A DNA stretch of 64,000 nucleotides from the human T2T-CHM13v2.0 reference genome, Homo sapiens: NCBI RefSeq assembly GCF_009914755.1, contig NC_060940.1; one strand, written 5' to 3'. A model generated the notes under the pieces. It saw only the letters and a list, made by a program, of their open reading frames with translations. It made no database searches and was not told the DNA's origin. How positions within the stretch are numbered: the stretch's first letter is position 1; every line of letters begins with the position of its first letter. A program made the position numbers and the translations under genes. Below, one piece after another: positions 1 through 13,298 of this stretch.

Positions 1-183
1 ATGTTGGGGCTGTGACTCTTTTAGGTATGTCATGCTGACTTATCCCTGGGACTTGCTGGAGTTGTAGTACATTACACAGACTTTGAGTCTCTTCCTATTT
101 GCCCAAGTATGGCACTAGGGGTTGATAAATTGATAATGTAGGCAGTGTGAGGTTTTTCAAAAATGTGAATCTGTGCCATCCTC

Positions 184-209
184 TGTGTGTGTATGTGTGT
201 GTGTGTGTG
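184..209. repeat. Interrupted (TG)n microsatellite
   Basis: tgtgtgtgtatgtgtgtgtgtgtgtg seen directly. Confidence 0.9.
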
Positions 210-599
210 CACACTGTGTGAATCTGTGTCCATGTGCTCAAACCTGTACAAGTGTCTGTGGCCAAAACTGCAATGAGATAGATCACCTGAACGTAAATAC
301 TCAGGTTCAACAGGACTAAACTTCAGCTGTGACTCCTTTCAGAGCCTCTTTTGTGCTCTACTTTCTTCTTGAAATCTAAAGCTTCTCTAGTTCTCCATTG
401 GTAGCTGTGAAGAAATGTTTTCCCTAGATTAAAAATTGTGTTTAGATTTTCAGCAACTAAGTTTGTAAAGTAAATAAAGACCTTCTTTCACCAATTTAAA
501 GTGTACAAAATTATTATTTTCAATAAAAGTATAAAATATCTATAATATATGGAATTAATAAAATACATTCAAGGTTCTTCATATTTATCAAGGCACTTT

Positions 600-1030
600 T
601 TTTTTTCCTTCAATTACTTGCACAATCCATTTCCAGGTGATACCATTGTTGGTCCTCTTATCAGTGTCAATAATTCCATTTGGCAGCCAGCAGCTAATTC
701 TTTTCATGTGCTAATGATTAATCAGACAAGCCTATTTACTAATGTATCAGAATGCATTAGAAACATAAGGTAATGGCGGACAGAACATCAATTCAAATAT
801 AAATGAACTACATTTACATTGGATACCTATTGACTTATGTCACAGAATGAAGTAGAAAATACAATTTACTTGTAAACCATTAAAATGAATGAAAATAGAA
901 TTTCAAACTCCATCTTCAAACATAACTTTATTGGCTTGGCCGTGAGCCTTAAGGGAGTGCCTAACTAAGTTTAAAATATATAAATAACACACTAATTCAT
1001 TTTGCCATAAAAGAGTTAGTGTCTCACCAA
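600..1030. promoter_or_regulatory. Candidate enhancer-like repeat-free block
   Basis: No recognisable repeat. HNF1-like GCTAATGATTAAT 710-722, TTTATTGG and GCCATAAAA (CDX/posterior HOX-like) 1004-1012. Motif-based inference only. Confidence 0.35.
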
Positions 1031-1826
1031 CTGAACACCATGGAATTTACTTAAGTTGGAACTAGTACAAAATAAAAAGAGGTCACAGGGTATAATGTGA
1101 GGACATGTTAGCATTCTCACATTGGGGTTTTCTGATTTTAGCTCTCCTCTAACCTATTTTTGTCCAAAATCTTCCATCTTTGCTTGTCCCAAGGGCACTG
1201 GCCCATATTTTACCAATCAAAAATTTGAAATTAAAATCCTTGTGAGAGTGAGGGTGGGTTAAGTCAGATCAAATTATAATAGTAATCATAATATAGACTA
1301 AAGTACTGGAAACCAAGCTCTATAGGCATCTACATTGGACTTTCACTGGATGAAAGGGATATTTTAAGATATTCAGAGAAACATTACAAGCAATTAGATA
1401 AACACTGGAAAGTGAATAGATTTGACACACTTAGTATGGAAAGTTTCTGTGACACTAATAGGATTTTTTTTAACTGAAGTCCAGATGTCTAGCATGAGAT
1501 GGAGATAGACAAGACTTCTTGTGTTAGATTTTCTCAAGTGCATAAGAACTGCACAAACATTAAGAACTTAGAGGTAATCAAAGAAATATCCTTAAATTCC
1601 AAGCTCCTGTTTGGTTTGTATCTGTGACAGCTCAGATTATCACCACTTGACATGTGGGGAAACTGAGGAAAGATAATGTGAATCCTTAGAGAACACGGTA
1701 ACATTCAGATTCCTGACATTAGCCAAATGACTAAAAACTACCTTCAAATTAGAGATGTAGGCAATTGTTGCAGTTTTGAAAAGACAGTTTTGGGAGAGTC
1801 CAAAGGAGATGTAGGACAGTATTTAA

Positions 1827-2060
<234 letters not shown>

Positions 2061-2101
2061 TAAACTGAAAGATGCGAATAAAATGAAATGTGTACCCAGA
2101 G

Positions 2102-2580
2102 CAGTGTTTTCAAAAGCATATTCCCTAGCTGGACATGGTGGCACACACCTGCAGTCTCAGCTACTCAGGAGACTGACGTGGGAGGATCACCTGAGCCTGG
2201 GAGGTCAAGGCTGCAGTGAGCCATGATTGCACCACTGAACTCCAGCCTGGATGACAGAGTGAGACCCTGCCAACAAAACAAAAGAAAACAAAACAAAGCA
2301 AAAACCTTATTCCGAAAAAGGTAGTTGAGAGAGAGGTGGTTTGTCAATAAAGATTTTTATAATCAATTATGTTTAGGAAATGCAACATTAGCTTCACTCT
2401 CCAACCCCTTGGAAATTCACAGGGCACCTTAGCATATTCACAACTCTGAAAAGTCCTTCAGTAAAGAAATCTTTATAAATTTGTTCCACCAGCACGTCTC
2501 GAGCTTTACTAAACAGAGTAATATTTCCTTCCCATATTCATGGATTTAGTGTTTCATGGAGCATAGGTGTAGAAACACTA
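2102..2580. mobile_element. Old hAT-Charlie non-autonomous element interrupted by an Alu monomer
   Basis: Ends cagtgttttcaa...tagaaacacta resemble Charlie TIRs. Internal ttagcatatt...ctctgaaaagtccttcagtaaagaaa recalled from Charlie MITEs. Confidence 0.5.
2126..2304 (+). mobile_element. FRAM / AluJ right monomer
   Basis: ggaggatcacctgagcctgggaggtcaaggctgcagtgagccatgattgcaccact; CAAAA-type tail; degenerate TSD aaaagcatattcc / aaaaccttattcc. Confidence 0.88.
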
Positions 2581-2661
2581 ATGATGATTTAACATACTGG
2601 GAAAATTAAATAAAATTTGTGGAGCCAAGCAAATCTATTTCTTATCCTACAGAAAAATGGA

Positions 2662-2958
2662 GGCTGGGTGCTGTGGCTCACACCTGTAATTCCAGCACTT
2701 TGGGAGGCCGATGCCGGCGGATCATATGAGGTCAGGAGTTCAAGACCAACCTGGCCAACATGGTGAAACCCTGTCTTTACAAAAATACAAAAATTAACTG
2801 GGCATGATGGTGGGTGCCTGTAATTCCAGCTACTTCAGCTACTTGGGAGACTGAGGCAGGAGAATCACTTGAAATCAGGAAGCAGAAGTTACAATGAGCA
2901 GAGATCGTACCATTGCACTCTAGCCTGAGATGTCATCTCAAAAAAAAGAAAAGAAAAA
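2662..2958 (+). mobile_element. AluS
   Basis: Dimeric Alu with A tail. TSD AGAAAAATGGA at 2651-2661 and 2959-2969. Confidence 0.93.
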
Positions 2959-3389
2959 AGAAAAATGGAAATCATTTTTTAATGCTAGTAGATTTAAAGA
3001 GAGAAGGGATACTGCTTTAGCACTTTGCCAAAGAAACTCTTGTCAGTTTCAGCAGAAGAAAGTTTTTGCAGCTCTCCCTCTAGACTTATTTGAGACCAGA
3101 AAAATTCGACTTCATTATTTCTCCATAACCGGAACACTTGTTCACACCAACGCCCCCCCGCCCAACTCCACCCCACCGCAAATTATATGTATTTGACATC
3201 CAGAGCATGTCTCATTGCACTGCCCTCTTTTCTGGTGTTTGGATTCTGTTTCATAAAACATACCAAATACATTTTGCATTGAGGGACACACGCAAGAATA
3301 GGCACAGCTCTAGGTGCCCCAGGAAACCACAATCTCCAACACGAATTACCCCACTCGGAAGGATATTGCATAGGTATTACTGCAGTTAC

Positions 3390-3600
3390 CAAGGGAAGAA
3401 TTAATAGCAGCTTTGTCTGTGCCCAAAGAAGCACATAAAAGCCTCTCCAGTTTATTCCCAACATCTAATCCATCAGGAAACTGTCAGAAAGATAAATTGG
3501 AGCTAAGCCGACTTCTGTTAATAATGTAACAATTTTGAAAGTGCAGCTTTAATCAACGGGAAAATTTTCCAGAATTTGACAACCTTTTCCATTCCCTCTA
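3390..3600. promoter_or_regulatory. Candidate enhancer-like block
   Basis: TAATCC 3466-3471, TGTCA 3482-3486, TAAGCC 3504-3509, HNF1-like GTTAATAATGTAAC 3517-3530 and palindrome GGAAAATTTTCC 3559-3570 in unique sequence. Confidence 0.3.
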
Positions 3601-5214
3601 GTATAGGCTCCATCTTTTTTTTTTTTTCAAAACTGTCTAATGCTGTTTCTTAGGTGGTGTTCAATAGAAACCAGTCTATAGTGCAATGCACTCTCTTTAT
3701 GTGATGTTTAGATATGAGATTGATCTCCGTGGACACCCTGGCATTCTGAAAGTAGGATTATTGGATTTTGTGGCTTTCTCAGATGTTGAAGATCTTTAAA
3801 CAGTGTCTTGCAAAGTTGTTACATCTTGCCTGTGTGTGAAACACTTATGAACTCATCAAAGAAGGTAGTCTCCATGTTAATTAGACACGGTTTGCAAAGG
3901 GGAGCTGGGAGTCGACAGCCCCTTACCGTGGAGTTAAGTGCCTGGACCCAGTTCATTTTCATACCTTGAAAAGAAAAATGAGTTCACCCATCTCCAGATC
4001 AATAGGGCCTGAACAAGAACATTGCTGACAGAGGGTTGAATTCAGATTTCAGAATAGCAGAGAGGACAAAAGATGTGGTTGTTACAGCAGAAGTTTGGCC
4101 ACCACATTACTCCAAGATGTCTCAAGATTTTAAAATCTTTAGGCTTTGGCTGAATCAGAGAGAAGCAGTAAAATGACAGGTTGGCTTCATGGATTGTGAA
4201 TCACACTTAAGGAAAACAGGGTAATTAGGACACGGTGTATTTCCTCTAGCTTTAAAGGTGCCTCACATAGCCACCGTGAAAGTAACCCTACTGTAGCTAC
4301 TGTGGCTCACTCCTTCCTTTGGTCACCCTTATAAGCACTAGACAGTGTCAGGTATCTGCCATGTGAGCAGAATGGATATTACTCCATAGAAAACGCAGCC
4401 ATTCTTATAGCACAACCACCTGGAAACTGACGCTCCACAAACCAGACTATAGCTTTTGCCACTACCATCAAATAGTGGCTCTCCTTTTCAGATTTGCAGC
4501 CAATGGATAATATATCAACCAGTCCTTAAATGCATACATGAATAAGAATGAAGAAGTTTTTTCATTTTGAATTTTCTTTTCTTTTTTTTCATTACTCTCA
4601 GCATTTGTAATCACACGTTTACATGCAAATATAGTAAAAAGTTGTATCTGACGTGGCACAAAACTTCATGGCCTTATTTCCCATTACATATATATCGCAC
4701 AGGTTTATTGACCATTTTCTTGGCTCTGAGGATAGGTGAGATCTTTGAGATGGTTTAACTGATCCTAGCCATGTATTGATGCTGGAGGGGTTTCTTTAAA
4801 ACACCACCACACTCTCTGGATGCACAGGGCACATGCCTTCTGCCTCAGGTGTACTCAAGTGTCCAATGACATTGAAATGGTGGATGTCCACATGGGATGG
4901 GTTGGATGAGATCAGTCATGGGGCACAGATGACTATAGCTCTTGCTAGCCTGTCAGTCAGCAACATGCTGGCTCTGTCAAAGGGATTCATCCACTGAGAA
5001 GGCAGCCACTGATGATATCAGGGAGGAGATCTTATGCCCAACTCAGCAGTGGCTGGGCACTCTGCAGATAGGAAGACATCTCATCTGTCCTCCAAATGTA
5101 AACCACAGACAAGGGCTCCTTGAGATGCAGTGCCTGGGGAGCCTCCGGATGGCACTCTGCTCTGTTCTACTTAATCACCAGCTCAACAACCTCTCTCCTT
5201 CCTTACTTCCCTGT

Positions 5215-5597
5215 TGTATTAGTCCTTTCTCATAGTGCTATAAAGAACTACCTGAGACTGGGTAATTTATGAAGAAAAGAGGTTTAATTGACTCACAGTT
5301 CTGCAGGCTATATAGCAAGCATGGCTGGGAAGCCTCAGGAAACTTACAATCACAGTGGAAGGGTGAAGGGGAGGCAAACACGTCTTCACATGGTGGCAGG
5401 AGAGAGAGTGAAAGGGAAGGTGCTACACACTTTCAAACAACCAGATCTCATGAGAACTCACTCATTATCACAAGAACAGCAAGGGGGAAATCCACCCCCA
5501 TGATCCAATCACTCCCCACCAGGTCCCTCCCCTAACATTAGGAATTACAATTCGACATGGGATTGGGGGGGTGGGGACACAGAGCCAAGCCATAGCA
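5215..5597 (-). mobile_element. THE1D/MSTA-type MaLR solo LTR
   Basis: tgtattagtc...aaagaactacctgagactgggtaatttatgaagaaaagaggtttaattgactcacagttc...ggggacacagagccaagccatagca; TG...CA ends. Confidence 0.92.
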
Positions 5598-6130
5598 CCC
5601 ATCAACCTTCCCTTCCCAAAGTCCAGGGTCTTCTTCTATTCTTGAGGGTGGGAAAATTTACATATTAGGCTCTTCCAGATTTCTGCCCAAATCTACGCTC
5701 ATGAATCTTCCCTTGTCCTGCATCTCAGACTTTAGAAACTCAAGAACCATACAGGACTCCTCTTTTCTCTCTACGTTGTGATTGGATCATCTTTTCCTCA
5801 AGCAGTGAACACACCGTGCCTTGATGACTGAATAGGAGAAGGGCCAGGAAAGAAAAGAAAATGTCCCATGTGTCCTCAAACACATTCCTTTCAACCTTTA
5901 AAATGTCATGGCATTCCATAAAATGCATGAGGACTTCTAGGGACTGTGGCTCTTGATCATGCTTCAAATGTCAGGAATAGAGTCTCAAGACAATGCTTCT
6001 TTAGCTAGTAGATGGAAAATACAACTGGGCCATTAAGGCTTCTGTGGGTGAGATGGTATTTTGGGACACCAAAATTGGAGGAACAAAGGAATAAGAAGCT
6101 ATAAGAGGTGGTGCTGAACCTCATCCTCAT

Positions 6131-6160
6131 CACACACACACACACGCAGACACACACACA
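6131..6160. repeat. Interrupted (CA)n
   Basis: Seen directly. Confidence 0.9.
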
Positions 6161-6319
6161 ACATGTGAGCTTCATCTCAAAATATAATTGTCTATACATG
6201 ATTGTACACAAACCATCATGATTTGTTTCTAGGTAAGAGAAAAGATCAATAGTTCTGTGTCACAATGTGAAAAATAGTTGGTTTAGGATGAAAAGTCCTG
6301 CAAACAAGATTTACTTATC

Positions 6320-6450
6320 CTTTAGAAAATGTATGAGCTTGGGCAAATCCTCTATTATTTCTGAACCTTAGTTTTCTCATCTGTTAAACAGAGATAATAA
6401 TCTGTCTTTCCCACTGGTCTTGCAGAGCTGAGAACTTTACATGAGCTCAA
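6320..6450 (+). mobile_element. MIR
   Basis: Core cttgggcaaatc...ctgaaccttagttttctcatctgttaaacagagataataa. Confidence 0.75.
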
Positions 6451-6872
6451 GAACACAGAAGTGTTTTTAAGGCTGGAACGTGTCATCCCCTCTCCAAGGC
6501 TCTGACTTGGGAGGAACTATTAAAGTAATCACCAAGTTTGGGGAAAGAGAAGGGGAGAGAAAGGGAATTGATCCATGTGTGTGTGAATGAAAAGGAATAC
6601 TTGTAGCTCATTCCCCCAACCTGGTCTTCCCCTGATGGACCCTCATCTCCCAGCCAATCTCCACACTTACAGGAATCCAGCTCTGAGTTAGGGGAGTGGG
6701 GAAAGGGCAGTGCTCCCTCAAAGCCCACCCAGAATCCACTTCCTAGAAGGAAATTTAAAAATAAGTTTAAATCTGCTCCCTGGGTGTTTTTTGGCACCAT
6801 CTGGTTCTTAGTGGGTAGAATTTAGACTGAGTTAGGTAGTCAATGTCTCAATCTTCTGTGCATGTCATAGAG

Positions 6873-7034
6873 CAGTGCTTTTTAACTGTGGTCCACAGAC
6901 TGCCTGCAGAAGCATTAGTGCAGTTGTTAAAAATGCAGTGTCCTTGGCTCCACACAAATTGTGGAATTAGGTGACAAGTTTGTGGCCCAGAAATCAGCCT
7001 TTAAGTGATTATAACACTAAAATGAAGAGAAACT
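6873..7034. mobile_element. MER5-type hAT-Charlie MITE
   Basis: cagtgctttttaactgtggtccacagac...gttgttaaaaatgcag...ggcccagaaatc. Confidence 0.65.
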
Positions 7035-7069
7035 AAATATGAGTCTGGATAATCATACTGATACTCATA

Positions 7070-7300
7070 ATGACTCAAATTAATTAAAATTCTCTTTATG
7101 TGTGGGATACTATCTTAAGCGTTTTGTGTGCATTAATGTATTCACACCCATAATTGTGCTATGAAGTGAGGATTGTTACTATCTCCAATTTACAGATGGA
7201 AAAATGGAGCTCACGGAGGCAGGTGACTTCCCAAAGGTCATGCAGGGAGTAAGTGCCATAGCTGAGGTTTGCACCCAGATCCTGGGCTTTCCAGTTCACT
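7070..7300 (-). mobile_element. MIR
   Basis: ccaatttacagatggaaaaatggagctcacggaggcaggtgacttcccaaaggtcatgcag. Confidence 0.8.
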
Positions 7301-8174
7301 TACACCCAATCACACCTACAGACAACATACAACAGAAAATACATGAATGTACGATGTTCCTCTCCCCAAGCAGGATAGATTCCCCGGATTATGCTGTGGC
7401 AAAACCAGCAGCTCCCAGAGTGAAGATTGCTCTTGGTGCCCAAACAGTCTCCAGATCCAGGCAGCCCCTCTCTCTTTTATTTCATTATATTTTGCTTCTA
7501 GAGATGCATTTGTGATGTTTAATTTATACTCCCTGATCTTAAAGTGATTGCATCACTAAAAAGGCTGTGATGTTGATTTATACGATAGTTGCCTGTGTCT
7601 GTTAATTAGAGAAATGTCATTTGGCTTCCTACAGAAGAAAAACAATAAATTATAGAGGAGGAGGGAGGGGCAACCATCCCCCAAACCTATGCCGGTTACT
7701 CCTCTTGAATCATATTTATGATCTTAACCGATTTTATTCCATTTACACCAATAATCTTCAGGAAAAAACTGTAACTTGGGCTGAGGGGGAAATAATAATA
7801 GAAAAAAAAGGTGGGAATATAAATGTAGAAATAATCTCTATTTGCATATTGGTGCATATGAACACTAGGACACAAAACTGTGATGCAGAAGTATAAGTCA
7901 GCTCATGCCAAGTGTTTTTCCTAAGACGCCACCCTTCCACCCCATCTCCAACCTGAACACCACTGTCTCCAGGGCAGGATGCTCTCTAGCAAAGCCAACA
8001 AATAAACAACTTTCAAGTTGACAGGACTTAGTTGCCTCTTATGATCAGTGACCTTATATTTCCTGTGCAGTGACCTAATATTTCTGTGTACCTGAACAAG
8101 GGCTGCCTTTTTATCCAACAACTGTTATTGACTTCATAAGCGAGATGAAGGGGAGTACAAAGAAATATATTTGT

Positions 8175-8760
8175 ATTCATTAATTAATTTACTTAATCAT
8201 TCACACATTCAATAAACATTAACACATGCCTACTCCATTGCAGGTCATGAGAACATGCTGGGCACACAGAGGTCAGCACAAATTATCACAATTCCAGACC
8301 TCACGGAGTTTACTCTCTAATGGGGGTAGTGACATATATCAACAAATCACTAAGTAATTGCAACTATGCTCTATGCCACAAAGGAGAGGGAGAAGGGATC
8401 ATGAAAAACTTCCATGAAGAAATATTTGAGTTAAATCTTAAGGCTGAAATTTGGCTAAGACAGAGGGAAAAGCATTTCAAAAAGAAGGAACAGCATATGC
8501 AAAAGCTAGTGAAGTGAAGGAGCAGAGTGAACTCAAAAGACTAAAAGATGTCCAATGTCACCACAGTGGACAGTCCAGAGGGGCGCATAGTGGGAGATGG
8601 GGCTGCAGAGGCTGAAGCCAGACCACACAAGGTCCACAGGCCCTGGTACAGAGGTGATTTTTATTCCAAGAGCAGTGGGAAGCCACTTTAGAGCTTTAAA
8701 CTCAGGCAGGGGATATATGATCAGATTTCCATTTTGAGAAGGTCATTGTTTATGCCTTGA
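8175..8760 (-). mobile_element. L2 3' region
   Basis: attcat...cattcaataaacatt...gcctact tail, then typical L2 minus-strand body (gagcagtgggaagccac, atgatcagattt). Confidence 0.75.
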
Positions 8761-9428
8761 AAAGACTTAGAGTTTTCTGTGATCAAAAAGGCTACAAAAT
8801 GTGGACTAGGTAGGCAGCTCCCATGTGGAGGTGGGACATTATGGAATGTGATGGCACATGGCTAAACCAGGGCTCTGACATTTCTTGTAGGGAGGAAACC
8901 GTCTTCTTCCCAGCCCATCCATCCCTGGATCATCCATCCACTGGTACCCATGAATATCCATGCCTGGAAACTATTGTCTTGCGACTGTCAGAAGTGGTGG
9001 TAGAAAAGGGAGGAAGATAGATGGAAGGGATGACATAGCATCTGCTCTCTGCTTAGCTCCTTCACCTAGATTTGAGCCCATGTTATTATAGTGATGAGAA
9101 CTAGAAGGGGACAGAGAAGAGGCTTGTGAAACCTGCTCCTTCTGATCCTTTCCTCACAAAAGCTTCATGGACCACTGTTTATTTCCACCACGAAATAACC
9201 CAATGCATGTATTCACTTCTTTATTTGCCTTCCACTAGAATGAGACCAGATGTCTTTCCTTTGTTCTACTTATCTTTGTAACATAGCATAGTCCTTTCCA
9301 CGTAGTAGCATTTGTGCCATGGATAAATGGTGAACAAGTGAGTTATGGCTTTAGCAGCATTAGGAGACATTAACTTTTCTGAGAATATGCAAAACCATGC
9401 TAAAAGAAAAGTATAAAGAAGTTAGGAA

Positions 9429-9729
<301 letters not shown>

Positions 9730-9734
9730 TTAAG

Positions 9735-9980
9735 GAAGATAAACAGTGAGGGCTGCTTTTATTCTAGGGTTGTCAGGGAAGCTCTTTTGATGGCATTTGA
9801 GTACAGACCTGAAGAGAGTGAGATGTGCCATAAAGATATCTGGGGACAGAGCATCCCAGGCAGAGGAAGGGGCAAGGACAAAAATGACAAAGAATTGCTA
9901 GAATTTAGGAATGAGTCATGGTTGACTGCCAGTTTGTCTTGCCTGAGAATTTGGAAGAATGAGATTGTCATTCTCTGAGG
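9735..9980 (-). mobile_element. L2 fragment
   Basis: gtcagggaagctct...atttgagtacagacctgaag...gagcatcccaggcagaggaa. Confidence 0.65.
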
Positions 9981-10227
9981 TGAAGACTCTGGGCACTGAG
10001 TTAGGCAGGATCTCCCTGGGCACCATCAGCAGGAGTCACTGCAGGACACCCTCAAGTGGCCTCACAGATAAGATTTCAGGAAAGGGAAGCCAGAGATAGA
10101 GAGGGAGAGAGAGAGAGAGAGAAATGGCAAATGTCAGGTAGGACTGTCACTAACAGAGTGAGTGTTATCAAGGGTCATGGGCCGTGCCTCTCCTGGGGGG
10201 AATGGGGGAAGCCTGTTGTGTAAGGAG

Positions 10228-10402
10228 GAAGACATTGGGATAAAACCATCTATAAACCAAGCAGAGAGGCCTCAGAGGAAACCAATCCTGCCGACACCTT
10301 GATCTTGAACTTCTAGCCTGCAGAACTGTGAGAAAATGAATTTCTATTGCTTAAGCCACCCAGTCTGTGGTACTTTGTTATGGCAGCCCTAGTGAACTGC
10401 CA
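10228..10402 (+). mobile_element. MLT1A/B-type LTR 3' half
   Basis: gaggcctcagaggaaaccaatcctgccgacaccttgatcttgaacttctagcctgcagaactgtgagaaaat...ttaagccacccagtctgtggtactttgttatggcagccctag. Confidence 0.85.
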
Positions 10403-11144
10403 CCCTTACGCCCTAAGATGCCTGAGAGTGAGGTGATTGCAGAAGTTTTGTTTGCTAATGTTATGTAATATTGTGACTGTCTTGGTATCCTCTTATCAGG
10501 GGCTGAAATCCACTCGACTTCTAAGGACTTCTAAGGACCACTTTTTCCAGAAAGATTCTCCAATCTCATTTCTCTTCTTTCTTTATCTCCTTTGAATGCC
10601 CATGAAGCCTACTCTGCAATGATTCTAGATCAGAGATGCACATAAAAATGACTTCGTTAAATTGTACTCAGCAAATATTCCTGTGCTGCTTCTGCCTCCG
10701 AGCTCCTGAATTAGAAACTCAGAAACCGTAGGTGGGAAAAGATACATTCAAGAAAAAGATGGAATATAACTGGCGTAACCACAGGTAAGCAAGTAGCCCA
10801 TGTGGCACTTATTTTGAAACATAGAACTAGGACTTAATGTGGAACAGTTTTATACTGTGCACTCTTTCACTCCATGAATTCAATCTGAATTTCTCCAGTC
10901 TTAAGATACATGAGAACCCTTTGCTCTGCTTCTGTTGACTAGTGCCTGGTGCTTTGTATGCAGTAGATAATTAATAATTATGTAATCATTGCTGAAACAC
11001 ATAAAATACTGTATGCTATTATATCAGAACCTGGAAGCTTGTTCTCTGACATTTTATAGGACATTTTTGCATCTGATTATTTTAGAAAATTGCACTATAT
11101 TGTTTGTTAAATTGAACATAATGGAAGCATTGGAAGTTCCAGTA

Positions 11145-11956
11145 GATTGTTCTCTGGGTGGCTTCCAGTGAACCCAGCCTCCTGGTATTAATACCATGGG
11201 GTAGCCTCTTCCCAGGATGACCCCAGCTTGGTCATGTAACCAGCTTTTGTCAGTGGGACAATAACAAGTGCCATGCAAACAGAGTTTTGTAAGCTCGGGG
11301 AGCACCATAGGATCATGTGGGTCACAGATACGATTTTCAAATTTTTAGCAGCCATGTTGGAAAAATAAGCCAATAAGGTTAATAGTATGCTTTATTTAAC
11401 AAAAACAATTATTTCAAAATGTAATCAAGATTTTTTTAAAAAGTGCTAGTGGTATTGTACCCGTTAATTCTTCAGACTGTGTTTTTAAACTCAGGTGTGC
11501 GTTTTGCAGGTAAGTGACATCTCAATTCAGACCAACCACATTCCGAGTGCTCTATTGTCATGTGTAGTTAGTGGCTAGTGTCTGGGGCAGTGCAGGCTTA
11601 AACTTGGGTCTTGTCTTCCTGGAACTCTTCTTTTTAAGATTCTCCCCTTGGCAACCTACCTGCCGTGCTGTGAGAAGCCCAGCTCAGCCATGTGAAGAGG
11701 CCCCATGAAGGAGAAACAAGACATGGCCACTAGCCCTAGCCGAGCTCCTTGCTGGTAGCCAGCATGCCAACCTCCCATCCATATGAGTAAGTCATCTTGG
11801 AAGTGGATTCTCCAGCCACATTAGAGTCATCCCAGCTGATGCCATATGGGCCAGAGATGAGCTCTGCCTAAATTGGAGAATTTTGAGCAAATAGTTGTAG
11901 CTGTTTTAAGCCATCAAATATGTGATGATTTGTTAAGTAGCAATAGATAATGAAAA
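11145..11956 (+). mobile_element. MLT1F/G/H-type LTR, split by MER33
   Basis: 5' part agcctcctggtatt...gggacaataacaag; 3' part gctgtgagaagccc...catcttggaagtggattctccagcc...ttttaagcc...gcaatagataa. Confidence 0.7.
11296..11595. mobile_element. MER33 (hAT-Charlie)
   Basis: catctcaattcagaccaaccacattccgagtgctctattgtcatgtgtagttagtggctag...ggcagtgcag matches recalled MER33 3' half. Confidence 0.75.
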
Positions 11957-12699
11957 TGGGAGTTATCAAGGATACCAGCCAATGGAGCATTAATGATTTT
12001 CTTTTCTCCTTCAAGCATTCATTCATTTTTATCTTGCCTATCCAGCATGCTCAACCTGAGTTGAAGTAAGACAGAAAAGGAGCAAAAGTCTAGTTGACCA
12101 TCTGTTAGGAATTTACAGGTGAACTCAGCAGGCACTACACTTTGGGGATGGAGAATTAGCTCAGGCTCACAGATGCTGAGTTCTAATCCTGGCATCGCTA
12201 CTGACTTGCAATATGATTTTAACCAACTCAGTTCCTCTCTCTGACCAATTTTATTGCTATATCCTTTCTAATAAATATAATATAAGGGTTAAAGGAGGTT
12301 ATAGATGTGAAAGAAGGGAAAGAAAAAACAATCAAAACTAATAGAGGATGTCCTGGCCTTTTTGCATCTTTGTATGTTCGGGGATTCAACAAATGATGCT
12401 AAATAACCAAACAAATGAATGAAGAAAGTATCATACCACAAGAAAGAAAATTGTGGTTAGACATAAGGATTTCTGCTGGGTAGATAGTGGAAAGAGTTAC
12501 AACATTGATGAGGAGAAGGTGGAAGAGGTGGATGAAGATAGCTGGTATTCTGTGAGCTCCCACCATGTCCCTAGGAGCATACAAAATCGTGAGTGTATTT
12601 TTATGTATATTCATTCATACTATTATTGAAGCAATGCAACATGCCTCTGAAGTAGGCACAGTTAGGCTAGGTCCCTTGACAAAGAGACTGAAAACCAAG

Positions 12700-12958
12700 T
12701 CAGATAGAAGACCTAGTGTTCGATCGATCAGTAGGGTGACTAACATTTACGTCATCTATGTACATTTCAAAATAGCTAGAAGGGAATAATTTGAATGTTT
12801 CTAGCACAAAGAAAAGACAAATATTTAAGGTGATGAATATCCAATTACACCGATTTGATCTTTATAAGTTATATGAATGTATTAAATTATCACATGTACC
12901 CTGAAAATAGATACATCTATTATGTATCAATAAGACATGTTAAATAAAGAAAGAAACA
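12700..12958 (+). mobile_element. L1MA-type 3' UTR fragment
   Basis: agggtgact...catttcaaaatagctagaag...tcacatgtaccctgaaaat...tatgtatcaataa, A-rich end. Confidence 0.85.
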
Positions 12959-13129
12959 ATTTCATGAGTCATCATCAAAGGGAAAAATTATTATCTAGGT
13001 TTATTCAAGCTCAAAAAAAGGAGAGAGAAACTCAGGAGTAGAAAAGTGATGAGGCCGCCGGCTGCTGTTAGAGAGGCTCCATTCAGTATCTAAGTGAAAA
13101 GAAAATGGGCAAAGGGAAAGATGGAAACA

Positions 13130-13256
13130 GGAAACAGAGTAAGAGTCTTGCATAATGTCTTGAGGAGGAGAAGAGGGAAGAGTAGAAGGAATGATGGGAA
13201 AAGGGAGGGGACAAGAAAAGGGAAAAAGAAAGTGAAAGGGAAGGAGAAATCATAAA
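13130..13256. repeat. Purine-rich low-complexity tract
   Basis: gaggaggagaagagggaagagtagaagg...gaaagggaaggagaaa. Confidence 0.6.
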
Positions 13257-13298
13257 AGTATTGATGGATCTAGCACTAATAGCACCAAGCATCACTAG

